Positions 27,023 through 38,070 of a DNA stretch of 64,000 bases are shown here, in pieces (the stretch's first letter is position 1; each line of letters starts with the position of its first letter). The notes under the pieces were generated by a model, which saw nothing but the letters and a program-made list of their open reading frames with translations, made no database searches and was not told the DNA's origin. The DNA is from Bacilli bacterium (lineage in GTDB: Bacteria; Bacillota_I; Bacilli_A; RFN20; CAG-826), in contig JAZLKX010000046.1 in assembly GCA_045597865.1 (NCBI GenBank), forward strand, positions 27,796-91,795, read 5' to 3'. The position numbers and the translations under genes are program-made.

Positions 27023-27889
27023 ATGACAGAAACAACACCACTTATTAACAAAAAGGTTATCGTAAAACTAATTGATAGACCTTTTATGAAAATCAAAAAC
27101 AAAGACCATTTGGTTAGCAATGGTTTTCACGATGACGCAAAAAAATACCTTACTTGTCCTTTGAACGACAATGGTAAAGGTTATAAAAAAGTATTAACCG
27201 ACGAAGAACAAGCGTACTTTGAAGAGTTATTCGACTTGGATAAAGGAGCTATGAGTCCTTATAAAAGAGAGGATAATTATTGGGACACTTTTGAAGTATG
27301 CCTAGAAAAGAAAGACAATTATCTTCATTTGGACAAACCTGAAGATTTCTTGAAATATAAAGTCTTGCTAGCAAACAAAATGATATGTCCTTCTTTGAAA
27401 GAATTAGAAGAAAATCATAAAGCAACATATATCTTTGTAATTATTACAGAAGACGAGGTAAATTACCAAGAAAAAGAAACTTACGATTTAACAAGTAAGG
27501 CATACAAACTTCTTGGTAAGTTTGAAGATAATAAAGATAAGTTGAAAGTAATACTAGAGGCTATTGAATGTAAACATTTTACAAATGTAAGCATTGACTT
27601 CTTGCGTAACAAAATTAATGTTATTTTGAAAAACGACAACAAAAACATTAATACAAAACTATTTATTAAATACGCAGAAGATAAATATCTAGACCACAAA
27701 GTATTTATTAGGAAATGCCTTGACAATGGTGTATTGGCAAACAAAGGCGGATTGTATTATACAATAGATACAAACCAACCACTAAGTGATGGTAATAATG
27801 AAAGCACACTAGAAAATGCTGCTATATACCTAGCTAATCCTAAGCATCAAGATTTATATTTGAAACTTAAAGCAAAACTAGAAGCATGA
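27023..27889 (+). CDS. conserved crAss-like protein downstream of MCP
   Basis: LTDEEQAYFE, NYWD, LHLDKPEDFLKYKVL; synteny. Confidence 0.6.
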   Translation: MTETTPLINKKVIVKLIDRPFMKIKNKDHLVSNGFHDDAKKYLTCPLNDNGKGYKKVLTDEEQAYFEELFDLDKGAMSPYKREDNYWDTFEVCLEKKDNYLHLDKPEDFLKYKVLLANKMICPSLKELEENHKATYIFVIITEDEVNYQEKETYDLTSKAYKLLGKFEDNKDKLKVILEAIECKHFTNVSIDFLRNKINVILKNDNKNINTKLFIKYAEDKYLDHKVFIRKCLDNGVLANKGGLYYTIDTNQPLSDGNNESTLENAAIYLANPKHQDLYLKLKAKLEA

Positions 27890-28638
27890 CAGTAGAAGAA
27901 GCAAGTAGAATATGGGACTTACATTTCAATAATCTAAATAGCAATCAAGCACCTGCTATTGATGATTATGAAAAAAGCATATTCATTACTGATGCACAAG
28001 ATCAGTTTATGAATGGAATGCTTATGCCTAGCCATTTGGTTGTAGGTTTACAAAGTGTTTCTATATCTCAACTTGCTAATATAACTGCTACTAGAAAGAT
28101 AAAACCTGTCAAAGCTGATAATCAAACGACTTTATTCTTGCCAACTTTAGGCAAGAGTATTGTCTATGATTTACGCAATGATAAAGAAAAGAATGATATT
28201 TTTGCAATTCTTAATGTTGAGATAGTTTCTAATAACCACAATGTATATACAGCAACATTTTTGAATTTTGACGAAATGGATAGAATACATAGAAAACCTT
28301 ATCCATATCCACCAAAAAGAATTTGTTATGCTTGTATAAGAGAAGATAATAGCATTGAGATATTAGCACACGACAAAGAAGAAATAGAAGAAGTACAACT
28401 CAGATACGTAAAACAACCCTATCCTATTATACTTAATAATGGAGATAGTATGGACTTTGCCGACGATGATACTGTAAGAGGAGAAAAAGAATGTTATAGT
28501 AAAAACCCTGAAAGTATAAGTCCATTGCCTGATAGTATAGTAGAGCAAATAATCAAATTAGCGTGTAGTAATGCTAGCCAAGTTTATCAACAAGGCGGTG
28601 CAATGAATAATAATCAACAACAAAGAGAACAACAATGA
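27886..28638 (+). CDS. tail ring/head-tail connector protein
   Basis: YEKSIFITDAQ..LRYVKQPYPIIL; paralogous to next gene. Confidence 0.6.
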   Translation: MTVEEASRIWDLHFNNLNSNQAPAIDDYEKSIFITDAQDQFMNGMLMPSHLVVGLQSVSISQLANITATRKIKPVKADNQTTLFLPTLGKSIVYDLRNDKEKNDIFAILNVEIVSNNHNVYTATFLNFDEMDRIHRKPYPYPPKRICYACIREDNSIEILAHDKEEIEEVQLRYVKQPYPIILNNGDSMDFADDDTVRGEKECYSKNPESISPLPDSIVEQIIKLACSNASQVYQQGGAMNNNQQQREQQ

Positions 28639-29396
28639 CAATAGAAGAATTTAGTAACGAGTTTGATGTATTGCTTAATGAGTATTCTCTAGGTGTTGAT
28701 TTTAGTAAAGCGCAAACTCCGATAACACTAGACGAATACGAGAAAAGTCTTATTCTAACAAAAATGCAAGAAGAACTTGTTGTTAACCTATATAACGGAG
28801 GAGCAGGAGTTTCTTTTGAAGAAGTAGAACAAAATCGTAAATATCTCTCAAATTTAGTTAGAACAAACATTCTTAGTGTTTTAGAAACACAGATAAAATA
28901 CGATAATAAGAGTATTGTGTATGAAGCTGATTTAAGCGATTTAAACGTACTTTTTAAGACTTATGAACACGTTGTATTAAACGAAGAAGATAAGTGCTTA
29001 AATGGCAAAATAAATAGCGTATATCCAGTAACACAAGACGAATTGTTTAAGACAATACGTAACCCTTTTAGGGGAGTTGACTCTGATAGAGTAATGCGAA
29101 TGGATATAGCAGACAATAAGGTAGAGTTAGTAAGTAAGTATCATATAAAGAATTACTTTGTTAGATATATAAAAAAACCTAAACCTATTTTGCTTATAGA
29201 CTTGGATTATGGAGATGTATCTATTGATAAGGATATTTTCCCTGAGAATACAAAAAGTAATTGTGAGCTTGATAGTAGCTTACATAGAAAAATACTTGAT
29301 ATGGCAGTGCAATACACGATACAAAATAAAATGCAATACCTAGGACAAAACAATCAAAATACAAATAATAATAGTAATAATAGTAATAACCAATAA
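28635..29396 (+). CDS. tail ring/head-tail connector protein
   Basis: EYEKSLILTKMQ, NPFRG, RYIKKPKPILL, CELDSSLHRKILDMAV. Confidence 0.65.
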   Translation: MTIEEFSNEFDVLLNEYSLGVDFSKAQTPITLDEYEKSLILTKMQEELVVNLYNGGAGVSFEEVEQNRKYLSNLVRTNILSVLETQIKYDNKSIVYEADLSDLNVLFKTYEHVVLNEEDKCLNGKINSVYPVTQDELFKTIRNPFRGVDSDRVMRMDIADNKVELVSKYHIKNYFVRYIKKPKPILLIDLDYGDVSIDKDIFPENTKSNCELDSSLHRKILDMAVQYTIQNKMQYLGQNNQNTNNNSNNSNNQ

Positions 29397-29407
29397 ACAA
29401 AACAGTT

Positions 29408-30532
29408 ATGGCAATTTTTGAAATGCAAGACGTGGATCAAATCTACGTTGTTAAAGATTACAAAGCAACAGAAGAAGTTAGCGATAATTCGGGTACTTTG
29501 TACAAATTGAAAAAAGAAGACTTCAAAGGTCAAGATATGTGGCTTAAATACCAAGGCTTCTTTACTCGTGCAATTACCGATATTATGCAAAAGAACAAAA
29601 TCAAACGAGTATCTTTGACAAGAGCAAAAGATATGCGTACTCCACTTAAAGCATTGTGTATGCAATTTGATGATAAAGCATTTTATTCGGACGGTAGCGG
29701 TGATTTGACTACTTATCTAGACAGCGAATATATTGTAAAATTGAGACTTCGTGGCATTACCACAGGTATTACTGACGAAGACGAAATTGTACTTATGGGA
29801 GATTGTCGTGGAGAAAATGGTATGACCAAAGCACAATGTATCAAACGTATGGCACTATCGCTTGCAAAAAATACTTACTACTATGGTGCTTATGTACGTA
29901 TCTATGTTGGTAAAAAAACTCCTGATATTATCAGTGGTGGTACAATGAAATTTGTTCAAAGCGAATGGACCGAAAAGAATATTGATACCAAAATTCCTGA
30001 TACTGATATTGACAGTATTATCGTAAAAGAAATCAAACAACCTTGGGTTATTGGTCTTAATCCTGGTTATGGTATTGATTTCGACCTAGATACTGCTAAA
30101 TTCAATGCAGATGGTGTTGATGTTGCTAATTGGGGTATCGTTGAAGATTGTGGTTATTCAAAAGACGAACTAAGCCAAGCACAATACTCTGCTAACGATG
30201 AAGGTCTTATTATTGTAAGTAATACCGAAGTTGGTTATATCAATGGTCAAAAAATCGCTGACTACGAATATTTCTTGATTGGTATGCGTGGTGATAAACT
30301 TCGCCAAAAAGGTTTTCCTTACAACAAACAAACCAAATGTATGTTGAGCAATGATACCGACAAAGAATACGATGTACTTCGTATTGAGTATTTTTGGAAC
30401 AGCGAAATCAACCAAGAAAAATCAAGTAAAGTTTTGGTATTCGTTGGCGAAACAGGTAATCTTGATGGCTTGTTTGATGACCTAAAAGATATGCAAGACG
30501 AATTACCAAATTGTGAGATTTTAGGAGAATAA
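29408..30532 (+). CDS. putative auxiliary capsid protein
   Basis: highly biased codons, own terminator, ADYEYFLIGMRGD motif; crAss synteny. Confidence 0.5.
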   Translation: MAIFEMQDVDQIYVVKDYKATEEVSDNSGTLYKLKKEDFKGQDMWLKYQGFFTRAITDIMQKNKIKRVSLTRAKDMRTPLKALCMQFDDKAFYSDGSGDLTTYLDSEYIVKLRLRGITTGITDEDEIVLMGDCRGENGMTKAQCIKRMALSLAKNTYYYGAYVRIYVGKKTPDIISGGTMKFVQSEWTEKNIDTKIPDTDIDSIIVKEIKQPWVIGLNPGYGIDFDLDTAKFNADGVDVANWGIVEDCGYSKDELSQAQYSANDEGLIIVSNTEVGYINGQKIADYEYFLIGMRGDKLRQKGFPYNKQTKCMLSNDTDKEYDVLRIEYFWNSEINQEKSSKVLVFVGETGNLDGLFDDLKDMQDELPNCEILGE

Positions 30533-30567
30533 TTTTGAATCTCATTATTTTATGTTTTTAATTTTGG

Positions 30568-30599
30568 AAGGTTGTGTTAGAAATAGCACAGCTTTTTTT
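30568..30599 (+). terminator. intrinsic terminator
   Basis: GGTTGTGTTA-GAAA-TAGCACAGC + T run. Confidence 0.75.
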
Positions 30600-30660
30600 A
30601 TTTTAAAAATTAAGGTATATTTTAAGAAGAATAATGCTATATTTTTGTAAGAAAAAAATT

Positions 30661-31179
30661 ATGGAAAAACAAAAGGAAATAAGATTATTTAAAGTATCTG
30701 ATGACGGTAAATATTTGATGCTAAACATTCAAAATCCTTTCTTCTTAATGCTTTGCAAACAAAACAAAGATAATAATACTTTTGACGAGATTGTAGAAAT
30801 AAAAGACTTATACGAACTTGTAAGTAAATGTATGCCTATTTGTAGTGGTATAAAGCTAGACAATAATTTCTTTAATAAAGTATTCCCTGAAAAAGAAGTT
30901 GACGTAAGCAAAGACTTGTTTGTTTTGAAAAACGAGAACGGAGAAGTAGTTGCAATGACTTACAACAAGTTACCTATCATAAACGAAATGATGGGATATG
31001 TAAGAGAAACAGCAAAGGCTTGTTGTCCTCCACAAGATTTTATTGATGCAATATTAAGACATGAAGCATTTAATGTTGCTTGTGCTTCTGAACAATGGGA
31101 AACCGCAATCAAATGGTACAAAGAATTTATCTTGAATAAATCTAAAGGTTTTGATTATAAACGCTGTAATTGTGAGTAA
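30661..31179 (+). CDS. putative tail hub/structural protein
   Basis: CCPPQDFIDAIL and C-terminal CNC; synteny. Confidence 0.45.
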   Translation: MEKQKEIRLFKVSDDGKYLMLNIQNPFFLMLCKQNKDNNTFDEIVEIKDLYELVSKCMPICSGIKLDNNFFNKVFPEKEVDVSKDLFVLKNENGEVVAMTYNKLPIINEMMGYVRETAKACCPPQDFIDAILRHEAFNVACASEQWETAIKWYKEFILNKSKGFDYKRCNCE

Positions 31180-31180
31180 T

Positions 31181-31444
31181 ATGAAAAAGATAGCATTAGA
31201 AGATATATTATTTGAAGCGTTCCAAAGATATTATAGAACATTGGAGAACTATGGCAGTAAAGACCAAAAATCTGTCAATAGCTTGATTGTTTTGTCTTGG
31301 GTGATAAACTTTATTAAGAAGTTTAGAAATCGTCTTAAATGCGAAGATATTAAGGCTATAAACGAAATGTTATCTTGTTTATATGGTAGTAATTGTTTAA
31401 TTCCATATCCAAAAGAATTATTAGTAGATGGCGGCAAAGAATAA
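31181..31444 (+). CDS. putative tail hub/structural protein
   Basis: YYRTLENYG..CLYGSNCLIPYP; synteny. Confidence 0.45.
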   Translation: MKKIALEDILFEAFQRYYRTLENYGSKDQKSVNSLIVLSWVINFIKKFRNRLKCEDIKAINEMLSCLYGSNCLIPYPKELLVDGGKE

Positions 31445-32129
31445 AGAAATAGTATATATGATATTAGATGAGTTAAAGGTTCATTCTGATGATAGTTACT
31501 TTAACGAAAATCATATATTGTTTTTATGTAAGAATTATAGAAATCTTGTATTGCAAGAAACATACAAGTTCAATACTAGAGGAGGTAGTGCAAACGAAAG
31601 ACCAAGCGAAACTAACTATCAAGAAGTTTGTTTGGATTTAGAGGAAGAAGATAATGACTTTTGTGAAGGTAGATACTTAAAGAGTATTCAAAAACTTCCG
31701 AAAGTATCTGCATTAAGTAGCACTACAATTTATCCACAAAATTACTATCCGAATACAAATATAGTATTTAGAAGTAAGGAAGAAATGCGATGGGCTGGTA
31801 TTAACCCAACTCTAAAAAACTTTATCTATGCTAGTATTGGACCAAATAATTACTTGTATTTAAAGAGTTGTAATCCACAATTCAAATATCTAAAAAAGCT
31901 AAAACTGATGGCGATATTTGAGGATTTTACCGAAGCAAGTAAAATTAGTTGTGAAGCAGATTGTGATATTATGGAAATGGACTTCCCTTTGGAGTCTGAC
32001 CTAATACCACGACTTATTCAACTAGTAGTACAAGAGTTATTAAATCCTGTTCATAGTTATCCTGTGGATGATACTAACAATGCTAAAGACGATAAATCTA
32101 ATCAACAAACACAACCTAGTCAACAATGA
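31428..32129 (+). CDS. tail ring (tubular) protein
   Basis: EIVYMILDELK..SDDS, NYQEVCLDLE, AIFED, FPLESDL. Confidence 0.6.
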   Translation: MAAKNKEIVYMILDELKVHSDDSYFNENHILFLCKNYRNLVLQETYKFNTRGGSANERPSETNYQEVCLDLEEEDNDFCEGRYLKSIQKLPKVSALSSTTIYPQNYYPNTNIVFRSKEEMRWAGINPTLKNFIYASIGPNNYLYLKSCNPQFKYLKKLKLMAIFEDFTEASKISCEADCDIMEMDFPLESDLIPRLIQLVVQELLNPVHSYPVDDTNNAKDDKSNQQTQPSQQ

Positions 32130-32671
32130 GATTAAATTATAAATATAAGAAGAAATTAAAAACAAGATACGACTTTTACAAAGAGTATGTAAAACCAAAA
32201 TTAAAGAGTTTTGCTCGATATAAATTCTTTGAGATATTAGATATATTTATAGGATTGTTTAGAGAAGATTTGCTGAATTATGGTTCGACATTTATTCCAA
32301 CAATAGGTTATTTGGAATTGGTGGAAGGTGGGAAACCAAAATTACAACTAGACGAAAATGGTGAAGTAATAACTAAGCATCTAGCTATTAATTGGGGTGA
32401 AACAAGAAAGGCAAGACAAGAATATAATGACGATAGTATGATAATATATTATACTACTAACCCTTTATTTATTCTATTTACTCCACTAAAAAGCAATTTG
32501 GAACAAAGAAAATCTTTTAATACAAAATTTGTAGTATCGAAAGGATTGATGAAAGAGATAAGAGCTAAAATAGAAAACAATGAGCTTGCACCTAAAAAAT
32601 TAATAAGGAAATACTATGATAATAAATTGGATAACAAGCAAGGTTGTAATGCCGAGAGTAACGAGCAATGA
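32126..32671 (+). CDS. IHF-like protein of the crAss tail module
   Basis: basic, DFYKEY..AINWGETRK pattern; position between ring genes. Confidence 0.45.
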   Translation: MRLNYKYKKKLKTRYDFYKEYVKPKLKSFARYKFFEILDIFIGLFREDLLNYGSTFIPTIGYLELVEGGKPKLQLDENGEVITKHLAINWGETRKARQEYNDDSMIIYYTTNPLFILFTPLKSNLEQRKSFNTKFVVSKGLMKEIRAKIENNELAPKKLIRKYYDNKLDNKQGCNAESNEQ

Positions 32672-33293
32672 CCTACTTAAAAGCGTTGATAAAGAACATC
32701 TTATGGACTTTGCAACTGATTTTGTAAAGTTGCTTAATGTCTATGAACTATATAAAGAGAATGTAACTGTATTAAAAGTAGAAAATTACAGGGCAGTATT
32801 ACCTTGTGATATTATGAAACTAATAGCAGTGAGAGATAATAAAACCAAATATCCTTATCTTTCAACTACGGATATTTTCTTTGATAGCGAAGACAAAGTT
32901 GAACTAGCTAAAACATACAAAGTACAAGGTAGTGTAATTTATACATCTAACAAAGAAGGAGAAATAGAAATATGCTACCAATCTCTTAATGTAGATGAAG
33001 AAGGTTTCCCTATGATACCTGATACTACTACATTTAAAGATGCTCTTTTCTACTATATTAAAAACCGAGTATTCGACAACTTGTATGATGTAAGTAAAAT
33101 ATCGGGACAAGTATTGCAAAAAGCTCAACAAGATTATTCTTGGAAAGTAGCACAAGCAAGCACAGAGTTGAAAGAAATGAACCTAGACCAACTAGAAAGC
33201 ATTTCTAATAATTGGAACACTCATATAATTAGAACACACGCACACAAGAGCGGGTTTAGAGATATAAACAAGGAACAACGAATAAATATATGA
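32616..33293 (+). CDS. tail ring protein
   Basis: VENYRAVLPCD, VDEEGFPMIPD, QQDYSWKVAQA. Confidence 0.6.
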   Translation: MIINWITSKVVMPRVTSNDLLKSVDKEHLMDFATDFVKLLNVYELYKENVTVLKVENYRAVLPCDIMKLIAVRDNKTKYPYLSTTDIFFDSEDKVELAKTYKVQGSVIYTSNKEGEIEICYQSLNVDEEGFPMIPDTTTFKDALFYYIKNRVFDNLYDVSKISGQVLQKAQQDYSWKVAQASTELKEMNLDQLESISNNWNTHIIRTHAHKSGFRDINKEQRINI

Positions 33294-33297
33294 TATT

Positions 33298-33633
33298 ATG
33301 GAAATAGAGATAGGAGAAATTATTAGACTGATTGCTGCAATACTTGGTACAGGTGGTTTAACTAGTTTGCTTTATTACAAAACTAGAAAGAAAAAGATGG
33401 ACCTGAAAAATGATAGTGTTGCTATTGTTCAACTAGAACGTGTTTTACACCACATACAAGAAGAACAAGAAAAAGACCGACGAACAATAGAAAAACTAGA
33501 ACGATCGGTAAACAAACTAACAATAGCAATAGAACAAATTAAATATTGTAAATACACAGGTGTTTGTCCTGTAAGACTAAAACTAATAGAAGACAGCCAA
33601 CAAAATGATACAAAATCAGCAACTGATATTTAG
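33298..33633 (+). CDS. membrane protein with coiled coil (holin-like candidate)
   Basis: N-terminal TM IIRLIAAILGTGGLTSLLYY followed by basic stretch. Confidence 0.4.
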   Translation: MEIEIGEIIRLIAAILGTGGLTSLLYYKTRKKKMDLKNDSVAIVQLERVLHHIQEEQEKDRRTIEKLERSVNKLTIAIEQIKYCKYTGVCPVRLKLIEDSQQNDTKSATDI

Positions 33634-36600
33634 TGGAATGGACAAAGATACTGACGAAAGTAAGTATCAAAAAACCACTTGTCTAGAAAACTTTAATGTT
33701 CGATTCATTAATACTGAGTCGAATGTTATTGGCACGCTCCAAAATGAACGTGATTACAAAGTTATCCTAACTTGTAATAATCTCAACACAGACAATGTAA
33801 CTTGTGAAAAAATTATAGGTCATTTAAAATATGACTCCAATAGATTATGTCTCTTTTTTGTTAACCTATTTGGTAATATAGTAGTTGCTGATTTGGAATT
33901 TAACGAACAAACTAAAGAGTTTGATTATGTTAAAAGAGAAGATAATCCACATATTACAACTATACAATATGCAGAAGATGAGATAGTTCAATGTACTTTT
34001 GGAGAAGATACATACGCTAATTATATTTTTTGGACAAGTGAGAACAGCGGTGGTTTGCAAAAATATCTAGTTGATGCAAAGAATGTAAATTTGTTAGGTG
34101 AGCCAGTATTCCCATTTGAAGGTATTACCAAAGTGGAAATACGTGATGGTGGTATGATACCACAAGGTATGGTAAAATACTTTATTTCGACTACTAACGA
34201 CCTAGGAGTAGAAAGTAACAAATGGGACACAGACTGGTATTATGTAAAAGATAGTGATATAGAAAAGACTAAACAAATTGTCTTGACATTGAATATCACA
34301 AAAGAAGAACAAAATAAAATAAGAAATGTAATTATATATCGCTTACAACATACTTCGGGAGGTGTAACTGCACATTGTGTAGGTAATTTCCAACCAAGCG
34401 AGAGTATTGTTATTGATAATGGTACAAGTCAAATACCTATTGACCCTGATTTGCTTTTACAACAAAATCACATAAACGATAATGTGAATTGTTTGAAAGT
34501 ATTTCAAGATAGATTGTTTGTTTCTACAAAGAAAGATGATAGCGATATTGAAGCAAAATGGGAAGACGAAAATATAAATTATAGTTTAGTAACAAAAGAA
34601 TTAGATAGTCCTAATGATAGTTTGAGTAAAACAACTCACTTTTACGATGGTAATGGTTATGTTTTCGGATTAGAGTTTTTGGATAGCAATGGAGAAGTAA
34701 AACTAAGAGTAAAGAGCAATAAGTTTGGTTTTGATTACAAACAAGGGAAGTTTGCGAATGGAGTTATGGTGGAAATACCTAATAAATTTAAGGGAGCTTA
34801 TCCATACGCTAGAGCCTTTGTAGGCACTAGTGAAATACAAAAATTTGTTGAAACTGGTATTGTTAATCCTACATTAGTTTATTACGATAAAGCAGTTATG
34901 GGGACTAGGTCTTTTAGTGATTGTAAAAACTTTTTTAATAGCTCTGTATTTAGACCTATAATACCAAAATTCGATGTTTATTATCAATCGAAGATAGAAT
35001 GGATTACAGATAGATATGTAAGCAAAAATTCATTAGGTGGCAAAAGTGATGCCTATGAAACAATCGATTATGGTTGTGGATATATAGATGATGTTAATTT
35101 AGATAAAGATTACATTTGTGGGAATCTTAGTAATATAGACCTAATAAATTCTAGTTTTGTTGAGTTTAGAAATGGCTATCCTTTGTTCGCAACAGGCAGT
35201 AGAGGTTGTGAATTTGCATTTTCAAATGTATTAAATGGTTGGTATGGAACTCATTATTATAAAATAGAAAATGGTAGAGAAAATGATGGTGATTTAAAAA
35301 AGTTAGAAACTATAGAATTAAAATTTTATCCTCCAAATGAACAAGGTATAATAGAAACAAGAAAATTATTATATAAAACACATACAGAATTAAAAGAAGG
35401 TTCTGGTAATGTTTGTGTTAATTATAATTTAGTTAATTTGGTTTTGCCAATAGCGAAAGATCCATTGTTTAATATATCTAGCGAATATAAAATAACTAAT
35501 ATTCTAGAATTTAAAGAATCGACTTGCTATACTTTTGCTGATTTGGATTTAACACAAGGAGAAACAACAGATAATTCACCAACCAAAAAGACAGCATCTA
35601 CATTTGGATTAAATGGATTAGTATTTAAAACAAGTGAAGAAAAATATGCTCATAGAATTGGAGTATGTTTGCCTCGTGTAACAATTAATCCAAATTGGAA
35701 TATAGAAAGTATTGATGGTAGTGTAACACTAGCAAAAGAGCCTGATGGTGATAATGAATATAATGTTATTTATACACCACTTTACGCACCTTTGAAAGTA
35801 GGTGATATTGATATAAAACAAAAAACTATCAATATAAGAAAATGTAATCAGATTAAAGCTAAGTATGCTTATGGTGCACCTGAATTAAAACTAGTAAAAA
35901 TTGAACAGTTAGACGAAGTTACACCACTTGTAAAAATAGATAGTTTAAAATTTATAGGAGAAGTATCAACGAATGTTATCAAAACAGATTTTACGTTTGA
36001 GAATGATATAACAAAATCGTTTGCTGGCTTATTGAATAATAATGATTTTGATTTATTATTTAGTGAATGTGGGTCTCCATTAATAGACTATGCTTGGAAG
36101 CCTGAAAGTATGTCAGTAGAACACCAAGGAACTATTGATATATATTTAAAGCAAGGTCAAATATTATCTCGCTTGTGTGCTGGTGTAAAGTTCAATAACA
36201 ATTTCAGAGTAAGTGAAAACTTTTGGTGTGCTATGGCTTTAAGCGAAAAAGACCTAAAACACAATCTAATAGGTTATTCATTTACAGCACGAGAAGATGG
36301 TAAAAATCATATCCAATCAGGATTATTCGATTGGTTAAACTTAACCAAGAATACAAATTTTAATAAATCGTGTTATTTCCCTGATTATAAAAGTTATTTG
36401 ACCAAATCTGATACTCCTATAAAATATAAATCTACAAATGGGATATTATGTAAGTTTAAGGATAATTTTATAATAGAAGTAGATACCTATGGAACAGATG
36501 GTGGTAATTTCTTTTATAATGAATATAGCGAAAAACCTTATTTGTTTACTGCTAATGTAACAAGTATAGCAGACCCCCAACGTCAAGACAAAATAATGTA

Positions 36601-38059
36601 TCAGGCTTCGACTATACAATCTACTGCTAATGGCTTTATCTATGCTACTATCGGTGATGTTTACAAAGGCGAACAAAGATACATTGCAACTATCCCTGAT
36701 GCTAGTTGTCCTAACCAAGTATTGGATATTATAGATGCGGAAGTATATACTACAACCGATCCAAATTGTTATTATAAAATGGAAGACGAAAGTTTGTTGT
36801 TACATACAGACGACTACAACAAAGCATTTAGAAGAAATCCTAACCTTGACAGCGAAGGTGCTAGAAAGATGATATATGAATTTACAGGAATAATTGATAA
36901 TAAAACACTCGATTATGTAGATTATCGTCTTTATTGGAGTTTACCAAAGTCTGCTCCACTTGTTGAAGGAACTTCTGCTTTCGATAAGATATTTAGCAAC
37001 AGTAGCATAGACTTAGACCAAACAGCAGGTGCTATAACTAAAATAGAAAGTTTTGGTGATAAGCTCTTTGTATTCCAAGAAACCAAAGTTAGTGTAATAT
37101 CATACAACGAACGTGGTATCGTTCAGCTAGAAGGAACTAATCCTATTAGCATTATGAACGAACAATCGGTTCAAGGATTTACACCAATGACCGACCATTT
37201 TGGATTACAAAAGCATTATCAATGTTGTAAGACTGACAAAGGTATCTACTGGCTAGATAGTATCAACAAAGAACTATTTATGATTGATGAGAGTTGCCAA
37301 GTAGATAAAACAGGTATTAGTATTCAAACTAATATGTATAGTTGGTTTATTAAAAATGCTAGCAAGAACTTTGTTTTATACTACAATTACTTCTACAAAG
37401 ATTTGATGATGTCTTTGCACGGAAGAAATAACCATGAGAAATTATTACTAGAGCATAGTATTGATAATGATACATTTGCTGATAGTATAGCTTTCTCTGA
37501 GTTTGTCGGCGGTTTCTCTAGTTTCTATGATTTATATAGAAACAATATAGGTTCTAATATCTTTGGTGATAGTGAGTATATGGTAAATGCTAATGGTATT
37601 TACGAATGGAGCAAAGGACAATACACAAGACCATTTTATACTTGTTTTGTTGCAAGTGAAAATAGTTTTATGGATAAGGTATTCTATAACCTAGATTATC
37701 ACGCTGATTGCTACATTAGACAAGGTATAAGCGACTTTTATGCCGAACCTTACGAAATTATCAATCAAAGCGAAAAACTGCCTAAAAACGAAGAATTATA
37801 CCACCCAGCATTTACTCATTTTAGATGTTGGAATAATTACCAAGATACAGGAATAGTTGATTTAACTTTTAGAAAACACGGAAGTAGTAATCTAAAAAGA
37901 TTGTTCCGTACTTGGAGAATACAAATACCTAGAGATAAAAAAGTTAGAAGAGATAGAATACGTAATCAATGGGCTAAGATATTACTTGGCAATCATAAGA
38001 TTAACGAAGATAGACGATACTCTCTTCACGACTTTGTTTTGACATTTGATACTAAATAA
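33605..38059 (+). CDS. tail muzzle/stabilization protein (P22 gp10-like)
   Basis: 1484 aa; FSGMDKD..NVRF N-terminus, DKVFYNLDY, RTWRIQIPR, RIRNQW C-terminus. Confidence 0.75.
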   Translation: MIQNQQLIFSGMDKDTDESKYQKTTCLENFNVRFINTESNVIGTLQNERDYKVILTCNNLNTDNVTCEKIIGHLKYDSNRLCLFFVNLFGNIVVADLEFNEQTKEFDYVKREDNPHITTIQYAEDEIVQCTFGEDTYANYIFWTSENSGGLQKYLVDAKNVNLLGEPVFPFEGITKVEIRDGGMIPQGMVKYFISTTNDLGVESNKWDTDWYYVKDSDIEKTKQIVLTLNITKEEQNKIRNVIIYRLQHTSGGVTAHCVGNFQPSESIVIDNGTSQIPIDPDLLLQQNHINDNVNCLKVFQDRLFVSTKKDDSDIEAKWEDENINYSLVTKELDSPNDSLSKTTHFYDGNGYVFGLEFLDSNGEVKLRVKSNKFGFDYKQGKFANGVMVEIPNKFKGAYPYARAFVGTSEIQKFVETGIVNPTLVYYDKAVMGTRSFSDCKNFFNSSVFRPIIPKFDVYYQSKIEWITDRYVSKNSLGGKSDAYETIDYGCGYIDDVNLDKDYICGNLSNIDLINSSFVEFRNGYPLFATGSRGCEFAFSNVLNGWYGTHYYKIENGRENDGDLKKLETIELKFYPPNEQGIIETRKLLYKTHTELKEGSGNVCVNYNLVNLVLPIAKDPLFNISSEYKITNILEFKESTCYTFADLDLTQGETTDNSPTKKTASTFGLNGLVFKTSEEKYAHRIGVCLPRVTINPNWNIESIDGSVTLAKEPDGDNEYNVIYTPLYAPLKVGDIDIKQKTINIRKCNQIKAKYAYGAPELKLVKIEQLDEVTPLVKIDSLKFIGEVSTNVIKTDFTFENDITKSFAGLLNNNDFDLLFSECGSPLIDYAWKPESMSVEHQGTIDIYLKQGQILSRLCAGVKFNNNFRVSENFWCAMALSEKDLKHNLIGYSFTAREDGKNHIQSGLFDWLNLTKNTNFNKSCYFPDYKSYLTKSDTPIKYKSTNGILCKFKDNFIIEVDTYGTDGGNFFYNEYSEKPYLFTANVTSIADPQRQDKIMYQASTIQSTANGFIYATIGDVYKGEQRYIATIPDASCPNQVLDIIDAEVYTTTDPNCYYKMEDESLLLHTDDYNKAFRRNPNLDSEGARKMIYEFTGIIDNKTLDYVDYRLYWSLPKSAPLVEGTSAFDKIFSNSSIDLDQTAGAITKIESFGDKLFVFQETKVSVISYNERGIVQLEGTNPISIMNEQSVQGFTPMTDHFGLQKHYQCCKTDKGIYWLDSINKELFMIDESCQVDKTGISIQTNMYSWFIKNASKNFVLYYNYFYKDLMMSLHGRNNHEKLLLEHSIDNDTFADSIAFSEFVGGFSSFYDLYRNNIGSNIFGDSEYMVNANGIYEWSKGQYTRPFYTCFVASENSFMDKVFYNLDYHADCYIRQGISDFYAEPYEIINQSEKLPKNEELYHPAFTHFRCWNNYQDTGIVDLTFRKHGSSNLKRLFRTWRIQIPRDKKVRRDRIRNQWAKILLGNHKINEDRRYSLHDFVLTFDTK

Positions 38060-38070
38060 TACATAAGACA